A stretch of DNA of 34,583 nucleotides from Chiloscyllium plagiosum. Taxonomy: Eukaryota. This document shows positions 1 to 12,142 of this stretch, in pieces. The notes under the pieces were generated by a model, which saw only the letters and a program-made list of their open reading frames with translations, did not search any database and was not told the DNA's origin. Made by a program: the position numbers and the translations under genes. Positions within the stretch are counted from its first letter, which is position 1. Every line of letters starts with the position of its first letter. Location of the stretch: NCBI RefSeq assembly GCF_004010195.1, contig NC_057758.1:8545565-8580147 (forward strand), read 5' to 3'.

Positions 1-1693
1 GGAAAGTGCCCAGCCGAGGCAGAGGCTGGGTATGGACTTAATACCTGATTTCTATAAAAAATTCGCCTCTGTGAGTAGAATTAATCAGAAACAACAAGAG
101 GAGAAGGAGAATAAGTTATGATTTTGAGAGATACAGGAAATAACCAGTTTCTAGTAGTAAGAGATGAGCAAATTTGCAGTATTTCTGATCTGTTCCCAGA
201 GAGTGCCATAATTTGTGGGATAGATGAACAGAAATTTAGCTTTCCTCTCCATAAGATCAGGTTGGAGTGCATTCACAAGTCTGGCGAAGTAACCGTGGGA
301 GTGACTGACAGAGTGTGAATTCCAAGAATCCAGTTTGTTCTCGAGAATAATTTAGCAGGGTCCAAGTTGGGAGCGATACCCCTTGTTGTGCAGAAGGCCA
401 AGAAGACCAAGAAACAGAGGAGTTTAAACAGAAATATACTGGTATTTTCCCAAACTGTACAGTAACCACTATCATAAGTCACAACATGAATCACAAACTA
501 AAGACAAGAAGAAGGAGTTAAGGTTCAGTTAGCTGACATCCTTTTTGACGTAATGGTGCAGGGAAAACATGAACAAACAGAGGGTCATAAAAAGGTGTTT
601 AGTCATGAAAGGATGAGGGATTTTCAACAGACAGGCAAGATAATAAAAGATATATATGTGGATGCGGACTCTGAAAGTGAGGCAGAGACATTCTTGAGGA
701 TTATTATCATAAATATAGAATCCTAAGATGGAAATGGAGACTACGGTAAGTTAGCGCAGAGAAGTAGTGTGCTGAAGTGCACCAGATTGTGTTGCCGGAA
801 GCATAGAGACAGGAAGTGTTACGGGTAGCACGTGAACTACCTATGGGAGGTCACCGAGGGGAACGAAAGACTCAGGTTAAGCGACGAAAACATTTTTATT
901 GACCTGGAAAGCACAAAGATATGGTTGGATTCTGGTATACGTGTCATATATGCCAAATAATAGGTAGTCCACAGGCAGAAATGAAACTAGGACCTCTGTC
1001 GCCAATTCCCACATTCAGAAACGCCTTCATGTGGCTTATAAATGAGTGTGCTCTCCCGAAAAGCAGAGGAGAGAAAGAATTGGAGAAACAGGTGCTAGTT
1101 TCTGCCCCACAGAGTAAGGAATCAATTCCAAATGTTGTGGATTTTGATGTGCCTCAAAATATGTTAAAAATGTAGAAGTCCTTGAGCAGTGGGATAGATT
1201 CGCAAACAATCTGCCTCAGAAGCATACAACGCAGTTGAAAAGTTTGTTATTGCAATATGAGGACAAATGTAAGAATCATATTGGGGGTACTGATGCCATT
1301 GTACCTGAAGTAGACGTATGGAATACTATTCCGATAAATTAACACCCCTAACAGCTTAATCCTCTCAAAGCAAGACAGGTCCAGAAGGAGGTGGAGATCA
1401 TGCTCAATGAGGTCATCATCGAACCAAGCCAGAGCGAGTGGAGCTTGCCGATTATCTTCGTCCCCAAACCTGATGGGACTCAATCATTTTGGTTGGATTA
1501 TTGGAAGTCCAACACTGTCACAAAATCAGACTTATACGCTGACATTGGAAGACAGTATCGAGAAAGTTGGACAAGTCAGTTACATCACAAAGTTTGACAT
1601 AATGCGTGGTTTCTGGCAGGTACCTTTATCAGAGACGGTAAAATAAATTTCTGAATTATAATGCCAAATGGACTGTATCAATTCCAGGTCCAT
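1..1693 (+). mobile_element. Decayed Gypsy/Ty3 LTR retrotransposon pol, Gmr1-like domain order (protease - integrase - RT)
   Basis: Aspartic protease motif ILRDTGNNQFL at ~121-153. Integrase HHCC zinc-binding region ELPMGGHRGERKTQ..KHFY*PGKHKDMVGFWYTCHICQ..PLSPIP at ~830-1010. RT N-terminus IIEPSQSEWSLPIIFVPKPDG..LDYWK..KFDIMRGFWQVPL..PNGLYQF at ~1390-1690. Many stops and frameshifts; integrase core appears deleted. Confidence 0.85.
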
Positions 1694-2136
1694 GATGTCC
1701 ATGGTGAAGATATTCAGGGTGAGGACCAGTTCAGTCAGTCATCTTCTCCATCTTCACCATGGACATCCAGTCCCTGTAACACTTCCATCCCCCATCACAA
1801 AGGACTCAAAGCCCTCCACTTCTTCCTTTCCCGCCGTACCAACCAGTACCTTTCCACTGACACCCTCCTTCGACTGACTGAACTGGTCCTCACCCTGAAC
1901 AACTTCACCATGGACATCATGGACCTGGAATTGATACAGTCCATTTGGCATTATAATTCAGAAATTTATTTTACCGTCTCTGATAAAGGTACCTGCCAGA
2001 AACCACGCATTATGTCAAACTTTGTGATGTAACTGACTTGTCCAACTTTCTCGATACTGTCTTCCAATGTCAGCGTATAAGTCTGATTTTGTGACAGTGT
2101 TGGCCTTCCAATAATCCAACCAAAATGATTGAGTCC
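1476..2136. repeat. Long inverted repeat: 265-bp arms (1476-1740 and 1872-2136), 131-bp spacer
   Basis: 1872-2136 is the reverse complement of 1476-1740 with about 3 mismatches seen. The same peptides occur on opposite strands in the ORF track (1407+ vs 1966-, 1661+ vs 1754-). Confidence 0.97.
1741..1906 (+). mobile_element. Penelope-like element RT fragment
   Basis: Translates, with one frameshift, as IFTMDIQSL/TSIPHHKGLKALHFFLSRRTNQYLSTDTLLRLTELVLTLNNF. This matches the PLE RT motif A region (DxxSLYTSIP). Confidence 0.85.
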
Positions 2137-3140
2137 TGTTCCTTCACCCTTGAGGCCCGCCCCTCCAACCGCCACCAGGACAGAACCCCACTGGTCCTCA
2201 CCTACCACCCCACCAACCTCCATGTACAGCGTATCATCCACCGTCATTTCCGCCAACTCCAAACGGACCCCACCACCAGGGATATATTTCCTTCCCCTCC
2301 CCTATCAGCGTTCCGAAAAGACCACTCCCTCCGTGACTCCCTCGTCAGGTCCACACCCCCGACCAACCCAAACTCCACTCCCGGCACCTTCCTCTGCAAC
2401 CGCAAGAAATGCAAAACTTGCATCCACACCTCCCCACTTACTTCCCTCCAAGGCCCCAAGGGACACTTCCGTATCCGCCACAAATTCACTTGCACCTCCA
2501 CACACATTATCTATTTCATCCGCTGCACCCGGTGTGGCCTCCTCTATATTGGGGAGACAGGCTGCCTACTTGCGGAACGTTTCAGAGAACACCTCTGGGA
2601 CACCCGGGACCAACCAAGCCAACCACCCCGTGGCTCAACACTTCAACTCCCCCTCCCACTCCACCAAGGACATGCAGGTCCTTGGACTCCTCCATCGCCA
2701 GACCGTAGCAAAATGACGGTTCGAGGAAGAGCGCCTCATCTTCCGCCTGGGAACCCTCCAACCACAAGGGATGAACTCAGATTTCTCCAGCTTCCTCATT
2801 TCCCCTCCCTCACCTTGTCTCAGTCAAATCCCTCGAACTCAGCATTGCCTTCCTAACCTGCAATCTTCTTGCTGACCTCTCCGCGCTCACCCCCACTCTG
2901 GCCTAACACCCTCACCTTGACCTCCTTCCACCTATCGCATTTCCAACGCCCCTCCCCCAAGTCCCTCCTCCCTACCATTTATCTTAGCCTGCTGGACACA
3001 CTTTCCTGATTCCTGAAGAAGGGCTTATGCCCGAAACGTCGATTCTCCTGCTCCTTGGATGCTGCCTGACCTGCTGCGCATTTCCAGCAACACACGTTTT
3101 CAGCTCTGATCTCCAGCATCTGCAGTCCTCACTTTCTCCT
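2137..3140 (+). mobile_element. Penelope-like element (Neptune-type) 3' part: Cys-rich linker, GIY-YIG endonuclease, pLTR
   Basis: PLVLTYHP, CNRKKCKTC linker, FTCTSTHIIYFIRCTRCGLLYIGETG..RFREH; after a frameshift PVAQHFN..EEERLIFRLGTLQPQGMN. In-frame stop at 2714-2716. Typical 3' tail ending CCAGCATCTGCAGTCCTCACTTTCTCC. Confidence 0.93.
3013..3040 (+). ncRNA. Minimal hammerhead ribozyme motif in PLE pLTR
   Basis: CTGAAGA core (3013-3019), helix II GGGC-TTAT-GCCC (3021-3032), GAAA (3033-3036), then CGTC carrying the GUC cleavage triplet. Confidence 0.75.
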
Positions 3141-3531
3141 TTATTTATCAATGACCTGTGAAATTGAAACTCTAAGGAGAAGATAAGAAGACAGAGGAAG
3201 ATACAAAGAGAAGATTCGACAGCTGGCTGGTTCTGAAATTTGAATGTTTTGGTATATCTTAATGGCGGGGGGGGGGGGCGGTTATCGGACTAGTATTGTA
3301 GAAGTGAAAGTAAAATATAGGTCAGGAAAAAGAGTTGCAAATAGCTGTGAGTTAATTATTCTCTGTTCGACTTTTTTAAAAATGTTGTTAATTTTTATTT
3401 TAATTAGTGACCTTTAGGATGGTTATTGGCCTTCCGAATATTTACAGATTACAGCACGGATTAAATATTTTCTGTGTTGCAAGTTTAAATTAGCGTAGGG
3501 TGGGGTGTAGGTTTTGCCTTGTGTTGTAACA
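3141..3531 (+). mobile_element. 3' portion of an LTR, probably the 3' LTR of the Gypsy element
   Basis: AT-rich LTR-like sequence ending in ...GTGTTGTAACA at 3531. Its 5' part is missing at the PLE junction. Confidence 0.55.
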
Positions 3532-3640
3532 CATTAACTCGGATTTCTCTGCACAGATGCTTCCAGATCTGCAGAGACTTTCCAGCAAATTACTGTCTTA
3601 GTTTCTGGTTTACGAAATCTGCACTCTCTTGACTTTCTTA
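3532..3640 (+). mobile_element. Old PLE pLTR tail fragment
   Basis: TTAACTC..TTTCTCT.CACAGATGCT.CCAGA.CTGC.GAG..TTTCCAGCA resembles the PLE tails at 15745-15820 (opposite strand) and 18570-18660. Confidence 0.6.
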
Positions 3641-3644
3641 TACA

Positions 3645-5065
3645 TATCATTGACAGCTACGGTTGAGGTCCTGGAGGACAGGAAGACAGCTAATGTCGTT
3701 CTATTATTTGTAATTTAGCTGCAAGGAAAACCCAGGGAACTACAGACCAGTGAGTTTAATATCAAGGGTGGATAAATGTTTGTAGAAGATTCTGAGAAGC
3801 AGTATTTACATGCATTTGGAAAGACAAGGACTGATTAGGGATATTCAGCACGGCTTTATGTCCGGAATCCATGTCTCGCAATCTATATTGCAGTTTTTGA
3901 AGAGTTGATCGGGATATAGATGAATGTAAAGCAGCATATGTTGTCTACGTGGACCTTAGTGAGGCCCAACAATATTCCACATAATAAGGTTAGAGCACAT
4001 GAGATCAGGGAGAGCTATCCAATTAGATGAAAAACTGGCTTGACCGTAGGAGACAGAGGGTGCTGGGAGAGATTTGCTGTTCCAACTGGTGGCCTGTGTC
4101 CAGCGTTGTGCCACACGGACCAGGCTGTTGCTGTAAATGGTTTGGATGAGAACTTTGGAACCGTGGATCGTAATTTGGAGATGAAACCGCCAAAATTGGA
4201 GTTATGTTGGACAGTGAAGAAGGTTATCTTAGAGAACAAAGATATCTTGATCTACTTGACAAAGTGGGCTAAGGAGTGGCTGATAGAGCTTCATGCAGAT
4301 AAATGCGAGACGTTGCATTTTGTTAGACAAATGAGTGTAGGATTTATACAGAAAATGGTTGCGCGCTGGGGAGTGTTGCCAAACAGGGATTCCAGGTACA
4401 TAGTTCCGTGAAAGTGGAGTAGCAGATTGACAGGGCAGTGAATAAGGCGTAAGGCAAGCTGACTTCCTTCGGTCAGAGCATTGATTGCAGGAATTGGCAC
4501 ATCATGTTGTGGCTCTACAAGAGAATGTTAAGGCCACATTTGAAGCAATTCTTGTCACCCTGCTATAGGAAGGATGTTATAAACTGGGAAGGGGACAAAA
4601 GTGTTTAAAATGATGTGACGGAGACGGGAGGTTTTGAGATATAAGAATAGGCTGGGATTTTGTTCCTTTTGTGTTGGAAGCTGAGAGGTAACCTTTACTC
4701 CATCATGAGAGGCATGGATAGGATGAATAGACAAGATCATGTCCTCCGGGTGGGTGTGTCCAGAAACAGAGAGGATAGGTTTTAGGTGAGAGAGAAGGCA
4801 TTTAAAAGAGATCTAAGGGACCGTTGTTTCTCAAAGAGGGTCGCGTGTATATGTAGCGAGCTGTCAGAGGAAGTGGCGTTGGGGAGTACAATTACAACAT
4901 CTGAAAGACAATTGGATGTGTACATGAATATGAAAGGTTTGAAGGGGTCTGTGTCAAAAGAATAAAAATAGTAATCATTCAGTTGAGGAAACCAGGGGTG
5001 CATGGACGAGTTGGACCAAAAGATCTGTTTGCATATTGTAAATTTCTAAGAGTCTATGGCTCTTT
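3645..5065 (+). mobile_element. CR1 LINE, 5'-truncated decayed RT and 3' UTR
   Basis: Remnant motifs KTANVV, PGNYRPVSLIS, LIRDIQHGF, WL..RRQRV, DKCETLHF, DLR...FSKRV. Ends in a short TCTAAGA/TCTATG-like tail. Confidence 0.9.
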
Positions 5066-5289
5066 CACTCCTCCTTCATCACTAGTCCTTCGTTGCACTC
5101 AATTCATTTCCAAGTCCAAACTCATCTGCAAATACTTTAAAATATCGAATTCTCCAAACTGTCTTAAATAGAGTATTCCTGAGGTTGATGTGCTTCTGCA
5201 GACCACAGCAGCAGCAGAAGCAGAATTAAATTCAAGCACAATCTGTAACGTTTTTCTTGGGGTAATCCCTCAATTTACCATTCCAACCA

Positions 5290-6330
5290 ATTTGATCTAT
5301 GGTTCAGTGATTTATCGGTGAACGTGCCAGTGTCCCAATCGTGTGGACCTAAACCTGATGACAACCCGTTAAAGCTACCATAATTGACTGCCTGCATTCC
5401 AAACAGCAGCAATAAAATGTGATAGAGAAGCTGTAATGATCCCAACACCAACAAACCAACAGTACTGTCACATCCAGTCATAAATGGTGATGGACTGTTA
5501 AACATTTCATGGAGGAGAGGGCTCCACTATTATCCCCATTCTAAATAATGGAACAGTCCTGTCCATCAGAGTAAAAGATAAGGATGCAGTTTTGGCAAGA
5601 TACTCCGCCAGATGTGTTGAGTGGATGATCCAACTTACCCTCGCTATGATGCCCACAGATTCACAAATGCCCATTTTCAATCAGTTTGATTTGCTGTAAG
5701 TGACATGAAGAAACAGATGAACAAAGTGCAGACGACAAAGGCATTGGGCCCGGACACCATTCCTGTAAGAACAATGAGGAATTGTGCTGCACAACAAGCT
5801 GTGTCCCTGGAGAAGCTGTTTCATTCCAGCTCCAACTCTGACATCTTCTTGACAATGTGGAAAATTACTCAGCTATGTCCATTCCCCTAAGAGGAGAATA
5901 ATTACAATCTGTCCATTTGCCACCCCCTCCGTAACATCACGATAGTTAAACTGGGAGAAGTCCTTTTTGACAGATCTATCAAACAGCACAGTAATAACGA
6001 GCTCAGTGTGGTTTCCAATAGGTCCCTACGTGGAGATGGTGCTATTGTGGAAATGCCACTGGGTTACTAATGCAGCTGCAATAAGACACCCTTACTCGAG
6101 CCATCAATCCCCTAGAAATTAAGGTCAACACACCATTTATCTTCCCTCCTGCTTTCTGCTCTTGCGATATTGCTATCAGTGACTGGTGTACAAGGAGATA
6201 CAGATCCTTTTCAATGTTACAGCTCCCCACTTGGTGGGTTTGTGTACACTGGTCAGCGTGCCAATGCCATTTCCAGTATTGACTTCTGGGTTCAGAACTC
6301 ACTGTCCTGCATGGACTCGGAGGGCTGCGC
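5290..6330. mobile_element. Very old L2/CR1-group LINE remnants
   Basis: KALGPDTIP..LEKLFHSS..IFLTMWKITQLCP (ORF 5705+) is the pre-RT region of a LINE on the + strand. 6040-6330 looks like further decayed LINE sequence of uncertain orientation. Confidence 0.6.
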
Positions 6331-6359
6331 AGCAGGAAAAAAAAGAAAAAAAATTAAAT

Positions 6360-6972
6360 CCCTTTAAAGACCAACATGTTTCGTCCAATCCCTTTTCAAC
6401 TGATAGGTTGCTGTTCTATTGTACTTACCACAGTACACACCGTCACATCCACCCCCATTGATCTTCATCTGCCATGCATTTGCTCATTCACTCCACTTGT
6501 CTCAATCACTTGGGAGCTTTTTTAAAATCCTCCTCACCCACTAACAATTCGACCTCATTTCGTGCTGTCAGCAAACTGACAAATATCGCATTTGATTCCC
6601 TCAACTAAATATTTGACTTGAATTGAGAATAGCTGTGTCACAATCACTAATCCCTACAACACGCCATGATCCTTCAACTTCAAAACAGATTATTTTATTC
6701 CTGTTCACTCTTTCGTGTCAGTTCTCCTATTCTAAAATCATGTTCATATTTTAGTGCCAATTCCGGGACATTTGAGTTTGCACACTCGACCATAGTCTTT
6801 ATCAAGCTCTTTCTGAAAATCTACATGCATTGCATCCATTTCTTCTCTGTATGCGTCGATCAGTCAGTTTCCCAAATGTGATTCCCATTTCATGTTGACC
6901 CATTATATAAGAACGTACAAACTAGAAGCAGGAATAGGCCATCGGGCCATTCAAGCCTGCGCCACCATTCAG
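6360..6972 (-). mobile_element. CR1 LINE fragments (RT remnant plus a 3' terminus)
   Basis: Minus strand gives FADS (FADD-like) near 6560-6575. 6906-6972 (AGAAGCAGGAATAGGCCAT..CAAGCCTGC.CCACCATTCA) is an antisense CR1 3' end. Confidence 0.65.
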
Positions 6973-7825
6973 GAAATCCCCACAGACAGACCAAGTCCTA
7001 AACTACGAAAGCAATCACCCCAACACACACAAAAGCAGTTTCATCAAGACACTGTTCAAAAGGGCCAGAACACACTACAGTACAGCAGAACTGCAAAAAG
7101 AGGAAGAAGAACACCTATGCAAGGTATTCGCCAAAAACGGATACCCCGCAATTTTATCAACAGATGCCTAAGGGAAAGACAACAGAATGTGGACATGCCA
7201 CCACCCAAAGGACTAGCCACATTACCATACATCAAAAACATTTCTGAACTGACAGCCAGACTACTGCGACCAATAGAACTCATAACAGCACACAACCCAA
7301 CAGCCACACTCAGACAACTCAGCAGGACGAAGGACCCGATACACAGCATGAGCAAAACCAATGTATTGTAAAAATTCCCATGCAAGGACTGCAAAAAACA
7401 CTACAAAAGACAAACAGGAAGACAGCTAACGATCCGCATCCGTGAACACCAACTAGCCACGAAACGACATGACCAGCTATCCTTAGTAGCCACACACGCA
7501 GATGACAAGCAACATGAGTTCGATTGGGACAACACTATTATTATATGACCAGCTAAACAGAGAACACCTAGGGAATTCCTCGAGGCATGGTACTCATCCA
7601 CTGATTCAATCAATAAGCACATCGAGGTGGACCCAATATACCAGCCACTGCAGCGGACAGCTGGAACTGACAACCGGAAGTGGCAGATACAAATCACGAT
7701 AAATGCCGGAGGAAACATCGCAGAAGTGCTTCACAGGAGGCTCCCAAGCACTGAGGATATCACCTAGACAGGGGACGAAAAGTCTGCAACAAGAATTCCC
7801 AGCTCGGCGAACACAACCACAACAG
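6973..7825 (+). mobile_element. Penelope-like element (Poseidon-type) 3' part with GIY-YIG
   Basis: ATLPYIKNISELTARLLRP..TLRQL.RTKDP..KTNVL*KFPCKDCKKHYKRQTGRQLTIRIREHQLATKRHDQLSLVATH..HEFDWDNT..REFLEAW. No Cys-rich linker. Confidence 0.92.
7748..7787 (+). ncRNA. Minimal type I hammerhead ribozyme motif in Poseidon pLTR (slightly decayed)
   Basis: GCA-CTGAGGA-(helix II region 7758-7776)-GAAA-AGTC-TGC. GCA/TGC forms a 3-bp helix I closing the core. Confidence 0.65.
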
Positions 7826-7829
7826 ATTC

Positions 7830-9206
7830 CAATAATCGAACAATGTGTATCCTTCTCCCATGTGCCAGATCCTCAGCCATGCATTCATCTGCTCTATACT
7901 CCAATTCTACCCTCACTAGCTCGTAGCACTGGGAGTAAACCAGATATCACCATCCTTGAGGACCTCTTTTTAAATTTCTGCCAACTCTCTGGAATCTCTT
8001 TTCAGAATCTCAACCTTTTCTCTTCCTATATCCTTGGTTACAATGTGGACAATAACCTCTTGCTGACCCCTCTCCCCCGTGAGATCATTCTGCACCGTCT
8101 CTGAGATATCCTTGATTCTGGCACCAGGGAAACAACACTCCATTCTGCTTTTTCTCTGCTGGCCACAGAAACGTCTGTCTGTACCTCGGACTACAGAATC
8201 CTCTAACACAATTGATCTCTTGGAAGCCGACGTACCCCTCGTTGCATTAGAGCCAGTCTCAATACCAGAAACTTGGTTGCTTGTGCTACGTTCTCCTGAG
8301 AATCCATTACCCGCTACATTTTTTCAAAACAGCATACCTGTTTGAAATGGGTACATCCTGCCGTAGGTGCCTACCTCTCTTAACATTCCTGCAGTTAACC
8401 CATTTTCGTATCTGAGACTTTCCCCCCTTCCTATAACTGCCATCCATCACATACTGTTGCTGTTGGAAATTTCTCATCGCTTCTAATTGTCTCTCCAACC
8501 GATCCATTCGATTAGATAAGATTCACATCCAACAGCATTTATGGCAGATATTATCCGCAGTAAAACTTAAACTCTCTTTAAACCTCCCACATGTGACAAG
8601 AAGTACATATCACTGCAAAGACCATTTTTGGTCCTTCACAATCTACAGACCCAGAAAATAACACCGTCTTATTCCTCTACAAAACACTGCACCAGGTTAA
8701 ATTAATAGTTATGGCTTATATTTTAAATTTAATCAAGGGTCTTATCTACAAAAACATAATCAAGAAATAACCCACTGCACTCACTACTGCAGCCTTTCTA
8801 CTGGACAGACTAAAATCAACGATTAACTGATCTGATTCCGTGTTGTGAACTTCAAGCAGGTTTCTCCAAGACTAGTCGTGAAATTCATTGTTAGTTAATT
8901 TTCCCAGATGCACTCCGATGTCCAATGGTACATGAATTCAAACAGCAAAGGCTGTAACTGTTCAGGTTCTATCTCTCTCTCAGTTGCACTTTCCTCACCA
9001 TGTGCTTCCTTTCTCTGTACTTCTTCCTTTTAAAGCTGCTGTTGTTTTGACTTTATTTTCCCCAAAATTCCTAAAAAAATGTATCAGCATATAAAACGGT
9101 AATTGCTGCTCGTGGAATTCGTGGAAATTCCCTCCAGCACCTAAAATACCTCAAAAGAAGGAGCAACTCGTGCCGCCAGAAATGTTTCCCGTCCTCCATC
9201 TTGCCC
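7830..9206 (-). mobile_element. CR1 LINE 5' region: 5' UTR and ORF1 with SGNH esterase-like domain
   Basis: EDSVVRGTDRRFCG..RMECCFPGARIKDISE..EVIVHIVTKDIGR (GDS/PGA/HxGTND-like blocks). Preceded by coiled-coil-like MDRLERQLEAMR and Cys-rich remnants. Confidence 0.85.
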
Positions 9207-9209
9207 TTG

Positions 9210-10959
9210 GTACACACCTCAAATTTTAATGGATGCGCTCTCCAGGTTGTTGGGCCCTTGAGGGGCGTCATACAATTATTGGGGGAGACTTTAACCGACA
9301 TATGGATCCCAAGGTGGATAGGATATTTCGGGTTCTCGCGGATAATTCCCTGCAATCTAGGCAGCTGGTGGATCTAAACAGGATGTGTGCAGATGGTTCA
9401 CCCTTAGGGTAGGGACTTCAACATTTTTCCTCACGCACATAAGCGCCAAACTAGGATCGACATATTTTTGCCCCATTGGCCTTTTTGAATTCAGTGTTGT
9501 CCTGTAAAATTGGGAACACAGGAACTTCTGATCATATGGCAGTGTACATCGACGTTAAGGATGGTGGTGATGGGGTCTGCTCACAGCGCTGTTGCATGGA
9601 TACTTTCCTCCTGAAGGATAGCTAGTTTATTGAATATTTTCCATGGGATTTAAAAAATATTTTATACATTAATTTGGACGGCAGGTAATCCGACGGTGCT
9701 CTGTTCGACTGCCAAGGCCTATGCAAGGGGTTTGATTATTTCTTATTTGGCAACTCGGAAGCACTAGAAGGGAGAGCAGCAGCTGAGACAGCATATTTGG
9801 ACAGACCGTCTGTAACTAAATTGCAGCATATTTCAATGGTCCGGGTTGCTCTGAATGCTGCGCTCAGACAGCAAAGAGAGCGATTTCATTTGCGAAGTAG
9901 AGGGTATTCGAGTATGGTGATAATCCGGGTAGATATCTGGCATACTTGGTCAGAAAGAAGAGTGCCCCAGTCTATAACATCCAAATGCGAATGTGCTGTT
10001 ACCATCACCTGCGATCTCAGAAAGATTAATGCAGTATTCATGAAGTTCTTTCCTGGGCGGTTCCCAGGTGTAACCTCAGAGCAGGTGTTCCTTTCGAATG
10101 CCTCTCTGACAATCAAAGAGATACAGAATGCGGCGAGGCAGCTCCAAAGTGGTAAAGCTCTGGGCCCAGATGGATTTTCGAGTGAGATTTAAAAGGAGAT
10201 CATACACATGCTGGCTGGGCTAATGTTGGATATGTACAATTATTCATACAGTCAGGACTGCCTCCCATCCTCTTGAGAGTAGGAAATATTTATCTTATTA
10301 TCCCGAGGATTGCTCTTCATAAAGGCCTATATTCTTATTAAATGTGGACTTTAATATTTTGGTGAAAAAGCTGTCGTTGAAACTGGAGAAGGTGAAATAG
10401 GACCAGACAGTTTTTATTGGGGGACACAGGTCGTCTGATAATAATAGAAGAGTGCTAATATTGTTCAGGTATGCCAGCAAGTGTCGATTCCAGGCTTGGT
10501 AGTGAATGCAGAGAAAACATTTGACCCGGTGGAATGGCCATACTTCTTTTATGTCCTGGAATGGTTTGGCCTTGGAGGGGCATTTGCCAGGTGGGTGACA
10601 GTGTTATATAATTAAAAAGCAGCGGATCTCACTCATGGGAGAAGGTCTGCCAATTTTACCAATGGCAGAGGCAGCCGTCAAGGCTGTCCGCTTTCACCGT
10701 TACTATTTACATGGGTGATTGATCCGTTGGCAGAGCCCATACGGAGGGACCACAATAAAACTGCCCTGGAGGTAGGATCAGGATGGCATACGATCCCACT
10801 TTATGCAGATGACGTTCTTCTAGTTCTTACTAACTTGATGATATCGGTGCCCCAAGTGATTAATGTATTTGGATTTTTCTCGGGGTATAAAATCAATTTT
10901 ATGAAATCGGAGACCATGCCTGTCGAGGGTCTTATTAGAGTACACGATTTTCCTTTTGC
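9210..10959 (+). mobile_element. Decayed L1-clade LINE ORF2 (endonuclease and RT)
   Basis: IIGGDFN..DP..DR, SDH, LQSGKALGPDGFSSE, RPI.LLNVDF.IL.K, AEKTFD.VEWPY, GSRQGCPLSPLLF, LYADDVL, SGYKIN..KSE. Runs into the gap. Confidence 0.9.
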
Positions 10960-11642
10960 NNNNNNNNNNNNNNNNNNNNNNNNNNNNNNNNNNNNNNNNN
11001 NNNNNNNNNNNNNNNNNNNNNNNNNNNNNNNNNNNNNNNNNNNNNNNNNNNNNNNNNNNNNNNNNNNNNNNNNNNNNNNNNNNNNNNNNNNNNNNNNNNN
11101 NNNNNNNNNNNNNNNNNNNNNNNNNNNNNNNNNNNNNNNNNNNNNNNNNNNNNNNNNNNNNNNNNNNNNNNNNNNNNNNNNNNNNNNNNNNNNNNNNNNN
11201 NNNNNNNNNNNNNNNNNNNNNNNNNNNNNNNNNNNNNNNNNNNNNNNNNNNNNNNNNNNNNNNNNNNNNNNNNNNNNNNNNNNNNNNNNNNNNNNNNNNN
11301 NNNNNNNNNNNNNNNNNNNNNNNNNNNNNNNNNNNNNNNNNNNNNNNNNNNNNNNNNNNNNNNNNNNNNNNNNNNNNNNNNNNNNNNNNNNNNNNNNNNN
11401 NNNNNNNNNNNNNNNNNNNNNNNNNNNNNNNNNNNNNNNNNNNNNNNNNNNNNNNNNNNNNNNNNNNNNNNNNNNNNNNNNNNNNNNNNNNNNNNNNNNN
11501 NNNNNNNNNNNNNNNNNNNNNNNNNNNNNNNNNNNNNNNNNNNNNNNNNNNNNNNNNNNNNNNNNNNNNNNNNNNNNNNNNNNNNNNNNNNNNNNNNNNN
11601 NNNNNNNNNNNNNNNNNNNNNNNNNNNNNNNNNNNNNNNNNN
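10960..11642. other. Assembly gap (683 N)
   Basis: Run of N. Confidence 1.
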
Positions 11643-11809
11643 TTGAGTAAGTTTGTTTTGGTAAATTACTTTGCCAAATTAAAGATATTTACCTGCCATG
11701 TGCCTAGCAAAGAAACTTACCTAGTCTGAGAACTATATCATCGGCCATATCGCCAACTTAGTTACATTTAAAATGTGTCATGACCAATGAAGGAGCTGGA
11801 ATAGAAAAT

Positions 11810-12092
11810 GAAACAGAGACTTCTCCAAACCCAGTCTGAACAGGGATGAGGAGAAATGCACAAAGGTCTGTTTGAGTGGGAATGCTCTTCCCCAGAAGTT
11901 TGTGGTGCCTGTGTGTTTGCATTAATTCAAAGCTATGCTATTTCGAACTTGGTTGGTAAAGGACAATGAATTACAGGCAGGAAAGTGAGGCTGAGACCAC
12001 AACCTGATCAGCCACAATCTTAGTGCCTGGTGGAGAAGGCTCAAAATGTCTAATGACCAATGCTTCTCCTCAGTCCCATGTTCCTATGTTCC
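11810..12092 (+). mobile_element. Old CR1 3' end
   Basis: TGGGAATGCTCTTCCCCAGAAG..TCAGCCAC..AGGCTCAA with tail CCCATGTTCCTATGTTCC. Confidence 0.7.
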
Positions 12093-12142
12093 AAGGAACC
12101 TCTCAAACTTGGTGCACAGAAACAACGGAGACCATTCAGCGG

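Noticed and set aside
2125..2856. 243-aa ORF as a host nuclease gene
   Set aside because: It is a frameshifted PLE GIY-YIG fragment with a downstream in-frame stop and pLTR.
10715..11729. Long ORFs of 311 aa and 257 aa
   Set aside because: Artefacts of translating through the N gap; the real part is L1 RT.
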